This document shows positions 1-8,199 of a stretch of 45,601 nucleotides of DNA, piece after piece; position 1 is the first letter of the stretch; the number at the start of each line of letters is the position of its first letter. The notes beneath the pieces are model-generated. The model made no database searches. It was not told the origin of the DNA and was given only the letters and a program-made list of their open reading frames with translations. Location: contig JAPDJF010000030.1 in assembly GCA_029259185.1 (NCBI GenBank), positions 1 to 45,601 of the forward strand, in the 5' to 3' direction. Position numbers and translations under genes: made by a program. This DNA comes from Hadesarchaea archaeon. Its GTDB lineage: Archaea; Hadarchaeota; Hadarchaeia; Hadarchaeales; WYZ-LMO6.

Positions 1-400
1 CCAAGTACGGAATCCTGGTGGGGGGGACTAGGAGGATGTACTCCGACCCCAGCACCTCGGCCCCGAGCAAGCAAGCGAAGAAGACCGCGGGGAGGTAGAG
101 GGGGAAGGCCCAGAAACCCAAAGGCTTGGAATCGGGAAAGATCCGGGTGAAGTGAACGAACACGGGGAAGAGGAGGATCAGACCCCCTTCCGCGAACCTC
201 CCCAGCAGGAAGGCGAGATACCCCGAGGTCACGTCCTCCCCGGACTTCCCCAAACACCACACCATCCCCAAGAACGCGAGCAAGGCAGCCATCCGGTGGG
301 TGGGGTACCAGAACCCAGCCCTCAGGATGTACAGACCGAAGGAGAACAGCAAGAAAGAGGAGACGAATCCGCCTAGGGTGTAAGCGCTTGCATCAATCAT
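1..400 (-). CDS. Membrane protein, 7TM sensor-like N-terminal region (3' partial, runs off window)
   Basis: Not in the ORF track. ATG at 400 overlaps the TGA of the upstream ORF (ATGA). Reads MIDASAYTLGGFVSSFLLFSFGLYILRAG...FPVFVHFTRIFP...LYLPAVFF with several hydrophobic helices, resembling HisKA_7TM-type sensor regions. Confidence 0.6.
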   Translation of the reverse strand, partial: MIDASAYTLGGFVSSFLLFSFGLYILRAGFWYPTHRMAALLAFLGMVWCLGKSGEDVTSGYLAFLLGRFAEGGLILLFPVFVHFTRIFPDSKPLGFWAFPLYLPAVFFACLLGAEVLGSEYILLVPPTRIPYL

Positions 401-708
401 CTCTTTGACCGAGGTATGCGATGCTTCGCTCTCAAAAAGCTCCTGATCCACCGCTCACATGCGCTCTTCCCCTCCGGGGTGAGCTGATACTTCTTCAGAG
501 ATTCATTAAACTCGACGAACTCTTCCTTCGTCATTCGCTCGAGTGCCTCGTTCAGGAGACCGGGGGGCACTATGTTCTCTTCCACCGGGATCGAGAAGAT
601 GCTGATGCCGAGGGCGTTGGGTTCACGCTTGTTGAGTTCGTATAAAATAAGGACCTCGGCCCCGGATACGGTCTTCAACCCTCTGTTTTTTCCCACGACC
701 CCCACCAA
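397..708 (-). CDS. Putative winged-helix (PadR/MarR-like) DNA-binding protein
   Basis: 103 aa. The LNEALERMTKEEFV...KKYQLTPEGK segment matches a wHTH recognition helix and wing. Start codon uncertain. Confidence 0.55.
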   Translation of the reverse strand: MVGVVGKNRGLKTVSGAEVLILYELNKREPNALGISIFSIPVEENIVPPGLLNEALERMTKEEFVEFNESLKKYQLTPEGKSACERWIRSFLRAKHRIPRSKR

Positions 709-962
709 TTTTTATTTATTACATCTATTTAAGTTCTGTTTATTGAACTTGGTTCACTAATCTGGTTTACTAATTTATTACCTAGAATCTCCATTTTTTT
801 GTAAGTTAATCCACTAAGGCATGGCTTCGCAGGTGATTCGATGATCGATACGGCCCCCATCAAGCCGGTAGACAGAGTTGCTCGGGGGAAGAGAGCTGTC
901 TCCCACCTCGCGGGCCCACCTCCGCCTATCTCCAGACCGAACAAAAATTTGGGGTGGTCGGG

Positions 963-1229
963 ATGAAAATCTGGAACATCTTGGAGACCCCATGTGCTCG
1001 GATAATTTTTTTCCTCTCGGAACAGGGGGAGGTGAGGTATTCGAAGCTGACTAAACTTGTTCCGAGTCGTGGTACCCTATCATCGAATCTCAGGGACCTA
1101 GAGCAAGAAGGGTTGATCAAGAGAAGGGTCACAACAACAAAACCAATCCAATCAATTTATTCCCTGACCGAAAAGGGAACGATCATCGCAGAAAATCTCC
1201 TCCAGATGAGGAAAACCCTCCGGTCTTAG
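963..1229 (+). CDS. HxlR-family winged-helix transcriptional regulator
   Basis: RYSKL...GTLSSNLRDLEQEGLIKR...PIQSIYSLTEKG is the HxlR-type pattern. ATG at 963. Confidence 0.8.
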   Translation: MKIWNILETPCARIIFFLSEQGEVRYSKLTKLVPSRGTLSSNLRDLEQEGLIKRRVTTTKPIQSIYSLTEKGTIIAENLLQMRKTLRS

Positions 1230-1328
1230 TTCAATCTCAACGGGAACGAAGGCGACTACCGGATTCCACGCGAAGTCTGTTTAACGGGCTTGGATCGCGA
1301 GTGGTTAGAATCCTCCGAGCAAACACCT

Positions 1329-1445
1329 TGGTGCGGGGGAGGGGATTTGAACCCCCGAACTCCTTCGAGACCAGATCTCCCACCCAACAGACTTGAGTAT
1401 CGCCCAAAAAGTCTGGCGCCTTTGACCTGGCTCGGCAACCCCCGC
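1329..1445 (-). tRNA. tRNA-Leu(CAA) with two introns (30/31 at 1399-1412; 37/38 at 1377-1391), CCA encoded
   Basis: Acceptor stem GCGGGGG/CCCCCGC, Leu-type D arm, anticodon stem CCAGA/TCTGG, long variable arm, GGGGG-TTCAAAT-CCCCT T arm, then A-CCA. Removing 14 + 15 nt gives the loop CT-CAA-GA and an 88 nt mature tRNA. Both introns form bulge-helix-bulge (BHB) motifs. TATA-like TTAAAAA about 24 nt upstream. Confidence 0.9.
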
Positions 1446-1514
1446 ACTATTCATTTTCTCTTTTCGGATTTTTAACGAATGTGTCTTTTCAAGACTTTGA
1501 AAGAACCAGCACCC

Positions 1515-2921
1515 TCACCTGTACCAGGGGAGACATCGGGTCAAATATTCCGAAAGAAACGTCGCTACCCCTTCGTACCTGCACAGCCTTAATACTCCCT
1601 TCCCCTCGTACACACGGTATCCCTCAGATACGGCCTCCTTCACATGTTTCCCGAACCCCTCTCGCCGATCGAGGAGTTGCCTGAGGACGTCCCCCACTCT
1701 TCGTTTTTCTCGTTCAACTTCAAAGACCACTCTCCCTTCCGAATTGACATAGGGGCCACTCCACGATTTCCCTGAGTGGAGATGCCTTCCGATGAAATTC
1801 GACGCGGACACGGTGATCGGGGGACCAACCCTCATCCGAAGACCGGGCAGGCACGAATGGGCTACCTCCAGCAGAATAACAGATATCCCATCAGACCACA
1901 CATCGCTCCTCAGGACTTCAAATCCCTCCCGCGCCAGTGCCGCCGAAATAGTCCGTTCGGTCTTTCGAAGCTGGGGGTACAAAACATCCTCCACCACATC
2001 AGGGGTTTTAAAAGTGATGCAGAACAACCCCGTTCCCCTCCGCTCTATCAATCGACTCAACTCCCGGCGACTAATTTTCCGTGCGGGATTTGGGAAAAAG
2101 AATTTTTCGTGCGGTTCTTTGAGGAAATCTCTACAAGCGAGGACAAAAGTAGCAAAGCTTTGGAGAGAGACCGCTGCCGCAACGTTCCGGCTGCGATCCA
2201 CCGGATCCACCACGACTAGAGGACGATCCCCGAACAGCAAGCGAACTTCGGATGGATCCGCATAAACTCCCTCTATGTCTATGATGATCCCAGGCTTCCA
2301 GCTGGCCGCCCTCCCCACCAGCCCCTGAAAAGACCCATAATGGAGGATCAATAGCTCGCAGAGGTAGCCCGAAAAACCTCCGACTTTGAACTCCGATCCG
2401 TAACATCCGGTTCCCATCATGAACCTCTTGAGGAGCCGAATTTCCCGCTTGAGGCCGTCGTTCAAACGTCGTGATACATACTGGGTGTGGAAAGGTGTTC
2501 TGTCCACCGCCGAGCGCAACTCGGTTGGACTCCTGAGCCTGAAACAAGGGACAACTTCGACTCTGTACCCCCTGAACTCGATCTCCAAGTATGGATGCTC
2601 GGCGTACTTCAGCCTCCGCTTTCCACCAAGCCTCTGCGCAACTTCTAAAACCTCTGTGAAGAGTTCTCTAGGAGAGTCTTCGGGAAGGAGAACGAACAGA
2701 TCTAGATCGTTCTCCCCAGCGAGCCATGTGTCCTTTGCAAAAGAACCCTCCACTCTGACCTCCGCTTCTATCCCTCTCCTACTCAATCCTTCCGACAACT
2801 TGGCCATCAGCCTGTTTATCACTTCCCGCGATTTCCTCCTGTCCTCCTCGGTTGGTTGGATTCTAGCTAATACCGCTGAACAAATTTCTGAGATCTTCCT
2901 CTCACTTCCTCTCGGCTCCAT
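1515..2921 (-). CDS. cca: Archaeal (class I) CCA-adding enzyme
   Basis: GSFAKDTWL..ENDLDLF nucleotidyltransferase motif plus YAEHPY, SAVDRTPFH, GFSGYLCELL and DPVDRSRNVAAA. Confidence 0.95.
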   Translation of the reverse strand: MEPRGSERKISEICSAVLARIQPTEEDRRKSREVINRLMAKLSEGLSRRGIEAEVRVEGSFAKDTWLAGENDLDLFVLLPEDSPRELFTEVLEVAQRLGGKRRLKYAEHPYLEIEFRGYRVEVVPCFRLRSPTELRSAVDRTPFHTQYVSRRLNDGLKREIRLLKRFMMGTGCYGSEFKVGGFSGYLCELLILHYGSFQGLVGRAASWKPGIIIDIEGVYADPSEVRLLFGDRPLVVVDPVDRSRNVAAAVSLQSFATFVLACRDFLKEPHEKFFFPNPARKISRRELSRLIERRGTGLFCITFKTPDVVEDVLYPQLRKTERTISAALAREGFEVLRSDVWSDGISVILLEVAHSCLPGLRMRVGPPITVSASNFIGRHLHSGKSWSGPYVNSEGRVVFEVEREKRRVGDVLRQLLDRREGFGKHVKEAVSEGYRVYEGKGVLRLCRYEGVATFLSEYLTRCLPWYR

Positions 2922-2971
2922 CGAACTCCAAGCTCATATTAAACTTCATTCCAATAAATCCCATCAGAAGG

Positions 2972-3997
2972 TCACATGCTCCAATACTTGGCTAACAGTC
3001 TCTTGAGTTCACCTATTACCGGAAGCCGCCGATGTTCCGGAGGTGAAGCAAATTCCCTACCAACCAAAGCCTTCGTGAGATTTGCCGCCGCCTCACCTAT
3101 GACCTCCAGGGCGTAACCTCCCTCCAGCACGAAAACGACCTTTCCACCGCACAAGTGTTCTGCCTGTTTCACCACATGCCCGGTTAACCACCCATATGCG
3201 GAGGGGGAGAGCTGGAGCTGAGTTAGTGGATCCTCCGCCAACGGATCGAATCCCACCGACACCGCTATGAATTCAGGTTTGAATATCTCGCTTAACGGCA
3301 AGAAGATTTCTTCGATGGCAAAAGCGTAGTCGGGATCTCCACTCCCTGGGGGGAATGGCACGTTCACATTAAATCCCTCCCCATCACCAGATCCGAGCTC
3401 ATGGATGAACCCACAACCTGGATAAAGCGTCCTGGGATCTTGATGGAACGAGAGATAGAGAACCGAGGGATCCTCATAGAATATGTCTTGCGTGCCATTT
3501 CCGTGATGGGCATCCAGATCCAAAATCATTATCCTCTTCATGTTGAAGTTCTGCTTCAGCTTTTCAACCATCACGGCCACATTGTTGAAATAACAAAATC
3601 CACCACCCCTCACCCTACACGCATGGTGCCCAGGAGGTCTGAGGAGGGCAAATGCATTATTCCACTTTCCCGAGACCACACCCTCACCAGCGTCGATCGC
3701 TCCCCCAACCGCCAGCAGGGCAATCCCAAACGTGCCCGGAGGCGTTGGAGTGTCCAAATCTAACGGTGTTCCCGATTCACTCATCTTCTCAACCAACCGG
3801 ACGTAAGAGGGATCGTGGACCAACTGGAGATCCTCCACCGACGCCGGAGACGGAGGAGTCACCTGAACTTCGGGCGAATACCACATCTTCTCCTTCTTCA
3901 ATGTTTCAACTATCGCCCTTAATCGCCAAGGGTTCTCCGGATGGCTCCTTCCGGGATCGTGTTTCATGAACTCTTCTGAGTATATCAACGCGGTCAT
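2972..3997 (-). CDS. Histone deacetylase family (HDAC/AcuC/AphA) Zn-dependent deacetylase
   Basis: HPENP, RPPGHHA, GFCYFNN, DLDAHHGNGTQ and LEGGY motifs. ATG at 3997 overlaps the upstream stop. Confidence 0.93.
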   Translation of the reverse strand: MTALIYSEEFMKHDPGRSHPENPWRLRAIVETLKKEKMWYSPEVQVTPPSPASVEDLQLVHDPSYVRLVEKMSESGTPLDLDTPTPPGTFGIALLAVGGAIDAGEGVVSGKWNNAFALLRPPGHHACRVRGGGFCYFNNVAVMVEKLKQNFNMKRIMILDLDAHHGNGTQDIFYEDPSVLYLSFHQDPRTLYPGCGFIHELGSGDGEGFNVNVPFPPGSGDPDYAFAIEEIFLPLSEIFKPEFIAVSVGFDPLAEDPLTQLQLSPSAYGWLTGHVVKQAEHLCGGKVVFVLEGGYALEVIGEAAANLTKALVGREFASPPEHRRLPVIGELKRLLAKYWSM

Positions 3998-4668
3998 ATC
4001 TTCTCCACCGTTTTGACTCTTTTTATCGATAGATACCCCCTCACCCCATCCCACACCCGATCAGCTTCAAGCAATTCGATGCGTCTGGAAAAGAAGGGTG
4101 CATCCAGCACTAACGTCTCGTACTCCCCCCCTTCCGCGACTAGGTTGATTCCATATTTTTCCTTTACCCTGACCAAATCCTCTACGCACCTCCTATCTAG
4201 CGTTCTCCCGAGCCACTCCTCTCCCAAACCCTCAGAAGAGACCGATGTTATGATCACTTTAAAACCTTCCCCTAGGAGTTCGAACAAGAGCCGGAGGGGA
4301 TCTTCTCCCCACAAGGGGGCGACTACTTCAAGACCCAGTTTTTCACAAATTTTGTCTATCCGGGTTTTCTGGTAGGTCGAAGCTATCGCTCCGCTCACCA
4401 CACCTTCAACGTCCAATCCTCTAAGCACCCTCTCCAGATCACCCACCTCTTTCTCTTTTTCCCCACTCGTCTCCGCCTCCAGCGAGGGAATATCTGAACA
4501 TTCGGCGAAAACTCTGGCCAAACGTATGTTGGGGTGATGGTACATCCAAGAATCCGCTCTCTGAGGGATCATGATGATCGCCTCTGAGATCTCATGGCCA
4601 CTCCGCATGGCTCGCCAGATGGCCAGTGCGGAGTCCTTTCCACCTGAACAGAGAGCTGCGAGTCTCAC
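3994..4668 (-). CDS. dph6: Diphthine--ammonia ligase (Dph6 / PP-loop ATPase)
   Basis: SGGKDS PP-loop, GAIASTYQ and EGGEYETLVLDAPFF. Confidence 0.88.
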   Translation of the reverse strand: MRLAALCSGGKDSALAIWRAMRSGHEISEAIIMIPQRADSWMYHHPNIRLARVFAECSDIPSLEAETSGEKEKEVGDLERVLRGLDVEGVVSGAIASTYQKTRIDKICEKLGLEVVAPLWGEDPLRLLFELLGEGFKVIITSVSSEGLGEEWLGRTLDRRCVEDLVRVKEKYGINLVAEGGEYETLVLDAPFFSRRIELLEADRVWDGVRGYLSIKRVKTVEKI

Positions 4669-4705
4669 GCACTAGTATTTAGCTTCAAAATGTAAAAATA
4701 CTAGA

Positions 4706-5053
4706 ATGAACTTGCTGAGGACAACCGCATCCATCCTAGGTGTGGTAGGTGTCTTCATCATCTTTGAGGCGGGCACCCCTCAACCCCGCAGCATGATAGA
4801 TTACTCGATGATAAGTTTAGGAGTCGCGTTTTCTCTTACTTATTTCCTGCTGGTAGTCGAAGACTCACCGAGCGGTGCTCGGGTCTCTGTCCTCTTCGCA
4901 CCCATCATGCTCGGAGCGGGGATCTCCTCACTCTACCAAGTTGCGACGCATTCGTTCTCCGAAACTGCTTTTTCATGCCTGACCGTGCTCGCAATATTTT
5001 TTATACTCGTAGGCATCGCCATGGTCTACAAAGTGTTTTCTACCTCAGCCTAG
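4706..5053 (+). CDS. Hypothetical four-TM membrane protein
   Basis: 115 aa ORF with four hydrophobic segments, divergent from dph6. Confidence 0.6.
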   Translation: MNLLRTTASILGVVGVFIIFEAGTPQPRSMIDYSMISLGVAFSLTYFLLVVEDSPSGARVSVLFAPIMLGAGISSLYQVATHSFSETAFSCLTVLAIFFILVGIAMVYKVFSTSA

Positions 5054-5123
5054 ATGTTTCGAATATCAGCACTGAGAAAATCCCGTTACGGTTTGCTACG
5101 GATTCCCGACCAATCCATCGAGC

Positions 5124-6530
5124 ATGGGGTATAATTTTTTAAAAAGAAAGAAAACTTCTCTAGTGTTAGCCCGGTTGATTTCCGTCATTACACTCTCCAT
5201 CGTGCTGTCCTTGATTTTCCTCCCACCAGTTACTGGAGACTCAGTGGTTTATAGGATCCAAAAGACCTACGAGGTCTCCAACGAGAGTTCCACAACCGCA
5301 ACCAATGTGCAGGTGTTCATTTTCATCTTCGACAACGGTTATTTCGGATGGAACAACCAAACAATCCTCAACGAAGACATTCTACCCCTCGACTACACGA
5401 TCGAAGAGTGTGACGACAACCGAGTGTTGGAATTCTCACTCGGAACGCTTCGCCCGAATGAATCCCAGCTCATCTCCATAGAGCAAATCATCCGCGTCGA
5501 TGATGTGGAATTGACCATCGACCCATCAAAGGTGGGGGGTACTGTTCCTCCAGAGTTGTTTCCACTCACCCAGCCGGTTCCACACCTGTGGGAAAGTGAT
5601 GCCCCCGAGCTTGTGGAGAGGGTCAGAGAACTCACTGAGAACGAGAGTAACCTATACTGGAGCGCGAAAACCGTATTTGACTTCGTGAACGGATATCTCA
5701 CCTACCAACCCAGCGAGGCGGAACACAGCGCCCTTGAAGCATATCGTACTAGGGTGGGAGACTGTAGCGAATTCGCCCACCTCCTTATCGCCTTGATCAG
5801 GGCGATGGGTTTGCCTGCCAAACTCATCGTTGGATACGGATATCAACATGATAGGGAGACCGATCTCGAAGACATGGGGCATGCGTTTGCCTCCATCTAT
5901 CTACCAAGCGTTGGATGGCTCCCGGCCGACGAGACTTGGGGCTTGGGAGGGGAGTTCGGGGAGCTAAGCTGCGACCACCTGATCCTGTTCACGAGTGATG
6001 GATCCAACCTAGTGAGCAACGGACGGATCCGTATTCCGGGAGACAGCATAACCTACTCGTACATCGGTACGGATCCGCGAATCTCCCTCCACTTGCGAAG
6101 ATCGGAAATAACCCGCGAGGTTGCCCTTGAGACACAGCTCAGGACAGCGCCCGGATTAGAGGGAAAGACCCTCCATCTTTACGTAACGGTTAAGAACTCG
6201 GGGACAAGGAAGGTGGAAAACCTATGGATCTCGATTCATGCCGATGAGAACCATTTTGTCGTTCCCCCAGAGCATGTCCTGCCAAGTCTGGCTCCGAAGA
6301 GTGAGCAGACGATCACCTTCGAACTCGAGGTGAAAGAGAGTGTCAGGAGCGACCCGATTATGGTGAGGGTAGACTACGATACGTGCTATGGAAAATTTTC
6401 GTCTGAGAGTGAAGAGGTTCTGATCACCGTGAATATGCCCCAACTGCCCTCGGGAGGCGTGATGAGGTTACTCATTATCATGGGATTGATAGGGATCGTG
6501 GGTGCCATTGTAGCCCTGTTACGGCGGTAA
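5124..6530 (+). CDS. Secreted, membrane-anchored transglutaminase-like protein with C-terminal Ig-like (CARDB-type) domain
   Basis: Signal-peptide-like N-terminus, Cys-His-Asp triad (GDCSEFA, GHAF, WLPADETW) and a C-terminal TM helix ending in RR. The start may be the GTG near 5164. Confidence 0.85.
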   Translation: MGYNFLKRKKTSLVLARLISVITLSIVLSLIFLPPVTGDSVVYRIQKTYEVSNESSTTATNVQVFIFIFDNGYFGWNNQTILNEDILPLDYTIEECDDNRVLEFSLGTLRPNESQLISIEQIIRVDDVELTIDPSKVGGTVPPELFPLTQPVPHLWESDAPELVERVRELTENESNLYWSAKTVFDFVNGYLTYQPSEAEHSALEAYRTRVGDCSEFAHLLIALIRAMGLPAKLIVGYGYQHDRETDLEDMGHAFASIYLPSVGWLPADETWGLGGEFGELSCDHLILFTSDGSNLVSNGRIRIPGDSITYSYIGTDPRISLHLRRSEITREVALETQLRTAPGLEGKTLHLYVTVKNSGTRKVENLWISIHADENHFVVPPEHVLPSLAPKSEQTITFELEVKESVRSDPIMVRVDYDTCYGKFSSESEEVLITVNMPQLPSGGVMRLLIIMGLIGIVGAIVALLRR

Positions 6531-6580
6531 AAGCCCGATGACCCACTCCCCCTGCCCTCGGAGGTGGATTCGACGATAGG

Positions 6581-6868
6581 GTGACCTCCTCCCCTCGCTT
6601 TCGCAGGGGGGCTTCCGCTTTTCCCTCGCGCTTCGCGGAAGCTTTCCCCGCTTTAGCGGTGCTCTAGCCCCTGCTTCATCCACCGACCCGATCCCATCCC
6701 ATTAGGCGGTTACGGAGATCCAATGTCCATCCTACCTGCGCTGTGCAGGTCCACAGGCGTTGGGTTCGGGGTGGCCCTCTCCACCTCCCGGAAGAAATTG
6801 GAGGGGAAATAACGTGGTTTTCGGCTTTCATCCCCCAGCTCTCGCATGGAGGCTCCCCGCCGACAGAG
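6581..6868 (-). mobile_element. ORF-less IS200/IS605-derived mini-element (PATE/MITE-like) carrying a TnpB omega-RNA scaffold
   Basis: The left end follows TTTAA (6869-6873) and resembles the left end of the IS at 42469. The right end is ...GGAAGCCCCCCTGCGAAAGCGAGGGGAGGAGGTCAC. Blocks identical to the IS right-end region: CCTGCTTCATCCACC (6670-6684 vs 41516-41530), GGTTACGGAG (6708-6717 vs 41589-41598), CACAGGCGTT (6752-6761 vs 41609-41618). Confidence 0.8.
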
Positions 6869-6904
6869 TTAAATCTGAGGGAGCTGGAATTGAAAGTGAT
6901 CGGC

Positions 6905-7516
6905 ATGGAGTACTTCGCAGGCACGGTAGTGGGGTTGCGGGCTAAAGAGGGAATCGCCCTGGCCTCAGACACGCGTGGGGTCTCGTATTACATGGTGTTG
7001 AGCAAGCGAGCACGCAAACTCTTCAAATTGGATGAAAAAATAGGTGCTGCCTTCTCTGGAGCTCCGGGGGATATCCAGAGTCTGGTGAACTTCCTCAGAG
7101 TGGAGGCCAACATCTATCGACTGCAACATGGACGCACCATCTCCATCCGAGGATTGGCCCAAGTGGCATCGAACATCCTTCAAGGTCGAAGGTTGTTCCC
7201 ATACGTGCTTGAAGGGGTGATATCCGGAGTCGAGAGAGATGGGCCCCACCTTATCCTCATCGACCCTGCCGGCGGAAGGATCGAAGAGGAGGATTTCGCA
7301 AGCGGAGGTACGGGTGCTATGGTAGCATACGGGGTCTTGGAGAGAAATTACCGAAAAGGGATGAGCCTCCAAGAATGCGAGAAACTCGCCGCGGAGGCTA
7401 TTAAAACCGCTATAGAGCGGGATGCCGCGACTGGGGATAAGATAGTAGTCTCGATCATCGACGAAGGGGGGTACCGCGAGCTGTCCGATGAAGAGGTCGA
7501 GCGACTCCTCAAGTGA
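6905..7516 (+). CDS. psmB: Proteasome beta subunit (probably non-catalytic paralog)
   Basis: TVVGL...ASDTR...KLFKLDEKIGAAFSG..GDIQ, IDPAGG, GGTG, ERDAATGD. The real start is GTG 6896 or ATG 6905; the ORF-track extension runs into the mini-element. Confidence 0.92.
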   Translation: MEYFAGTVVGLRAKEGIALASDTRGVSYYMVLSKRARKLFKLDEKIGAAFSGAPGDIQSLVNFLRVEANIYRLQHGRTISIRGLAQVASNILQGRRLFPYVLEGVISGVERDGPHLILIDPAGGRIEEEDFASGGTGAMVAYGVLERNYRKGMSLQECEKLAAEAIKTAIERDAATGDKIVVSIIDEGGYRELSDEEVERLLK

Positions 7517-7519
7517 GCA

Positions 7520-7852
7520 TTAATTGAGTTTCTTGAGGACCTCCAATATCGTTTCCATCTCCTTGAGAAGTTGCATGACCCGCTCGTGATCCTTTTCCCT
7601 CTCAAGTTCGGATCTTACCTTATCGAGCTTTGCTTCTAAGACCTTCCCGAGTTCCGATTTCTTAGAGGTTTTTTCCGCGGGCTTCTCGGCCAACAGTTTT
7701 TCCCCACATATTGGACAGAAGATTTTGCCATCCTTTTCGAAAAGCGGTCCTTTACACTCAGCACAATGGATTGAAAGCATTTTCGCCCCAGAAAAGAGGG
7801 TTTCTACTGCCTTGGTCAGTTTCTCGTCTTTCATTCCCTCGTCCAAATTCAT
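7520..7852 (-). CDS. UPF0148 / autoantigen p27-family Zn-ribbon protein
   Basis: GAKMLSIHCAECKGPLF...IFCPIC followed by a coiled coil. Start at 7852 or 7834. Confidence 0.85.
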   Translation of the reverse strand: MNLDEGMKDEKLTKAVETLFSGAKMLSIHCAECKGPLFEKDGKIFCPICGEKLLAEKPAEKTSKKSELGKVLEAKLDKVRSELEREKDHERVMQLLKEMETILEVLKKLN

Positions 7853-7879
7853 TTTTATCGGTTTTTCTTTAATTAATGC

Positions 7880-8155
7880 GTGGTGATGCACGTGTCCTCA
7901 GGTGCAGAGGCTAAGCTAAAACAGGCGGGGGAGATATTAGCGAGCATCGTGGGGGACACCTCGGTTCCTAGAAACATCAGGAGGGTAGCCAATGAAGCTA
8001 GAGAAACTCTGCTCGAGGAGAATAAGGAGCCATCGGTCAGAGCGGCGTTCGCTGCGAGCATGCTCGATGAGGTGAGCAACGATCCTAACATGCCTATGCA
8101 CACGAGGACCACGATATGGAATGTCCTGAGCATCCTGGAGACCATACGTGAGTAG
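7880..8155 (+). CDS. UPF0147 family protein
   Basis: DTSVPRNIRR and LDEVSNDPNMPMHTRT motifs. Confidence 0.9.
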   Translation: MVMHVSSGAEAKLKQAGEILASIVGDTSVPRNIRRVANEARETLLEENKEPSVRAAFAASMLDEVSNDPNMPMHTRTTIWNVLSILETIRE

Positions 8156-8199
8156 CGAACCCGAGTTCAGGCTTTCGGTAGGCTGGTAGGCTGGAATGT

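Noticed and set aside
800-950. Minus-strand fragment EVGDSSLPPSNSVYRLDGGRI, faintly like a RadA C-terminus
   Set aside because: Too short and weak to support.
1377-1412. A single long intron giving a TTT (Lys) or other anticodon
   Set aside because: The body is Leu-type with a long variable arm, and the two-intron model gives a canonical loop with two valid BHB helices.
6531-6870. SRP RNA or RNase P RNA call for this GC-rich structured gap
   Set aside because: No SRP helix-8 motif and no RNase P CR-I/CR-V. The shared blocks with the IS at 41487-42469 explain it better.
6743-6895. Long N-terminal propeptide on the proteasome beta subunit
   Set aside because: It is a chance open frame through the mini-element; a TATA-like box lies downstream of that start.
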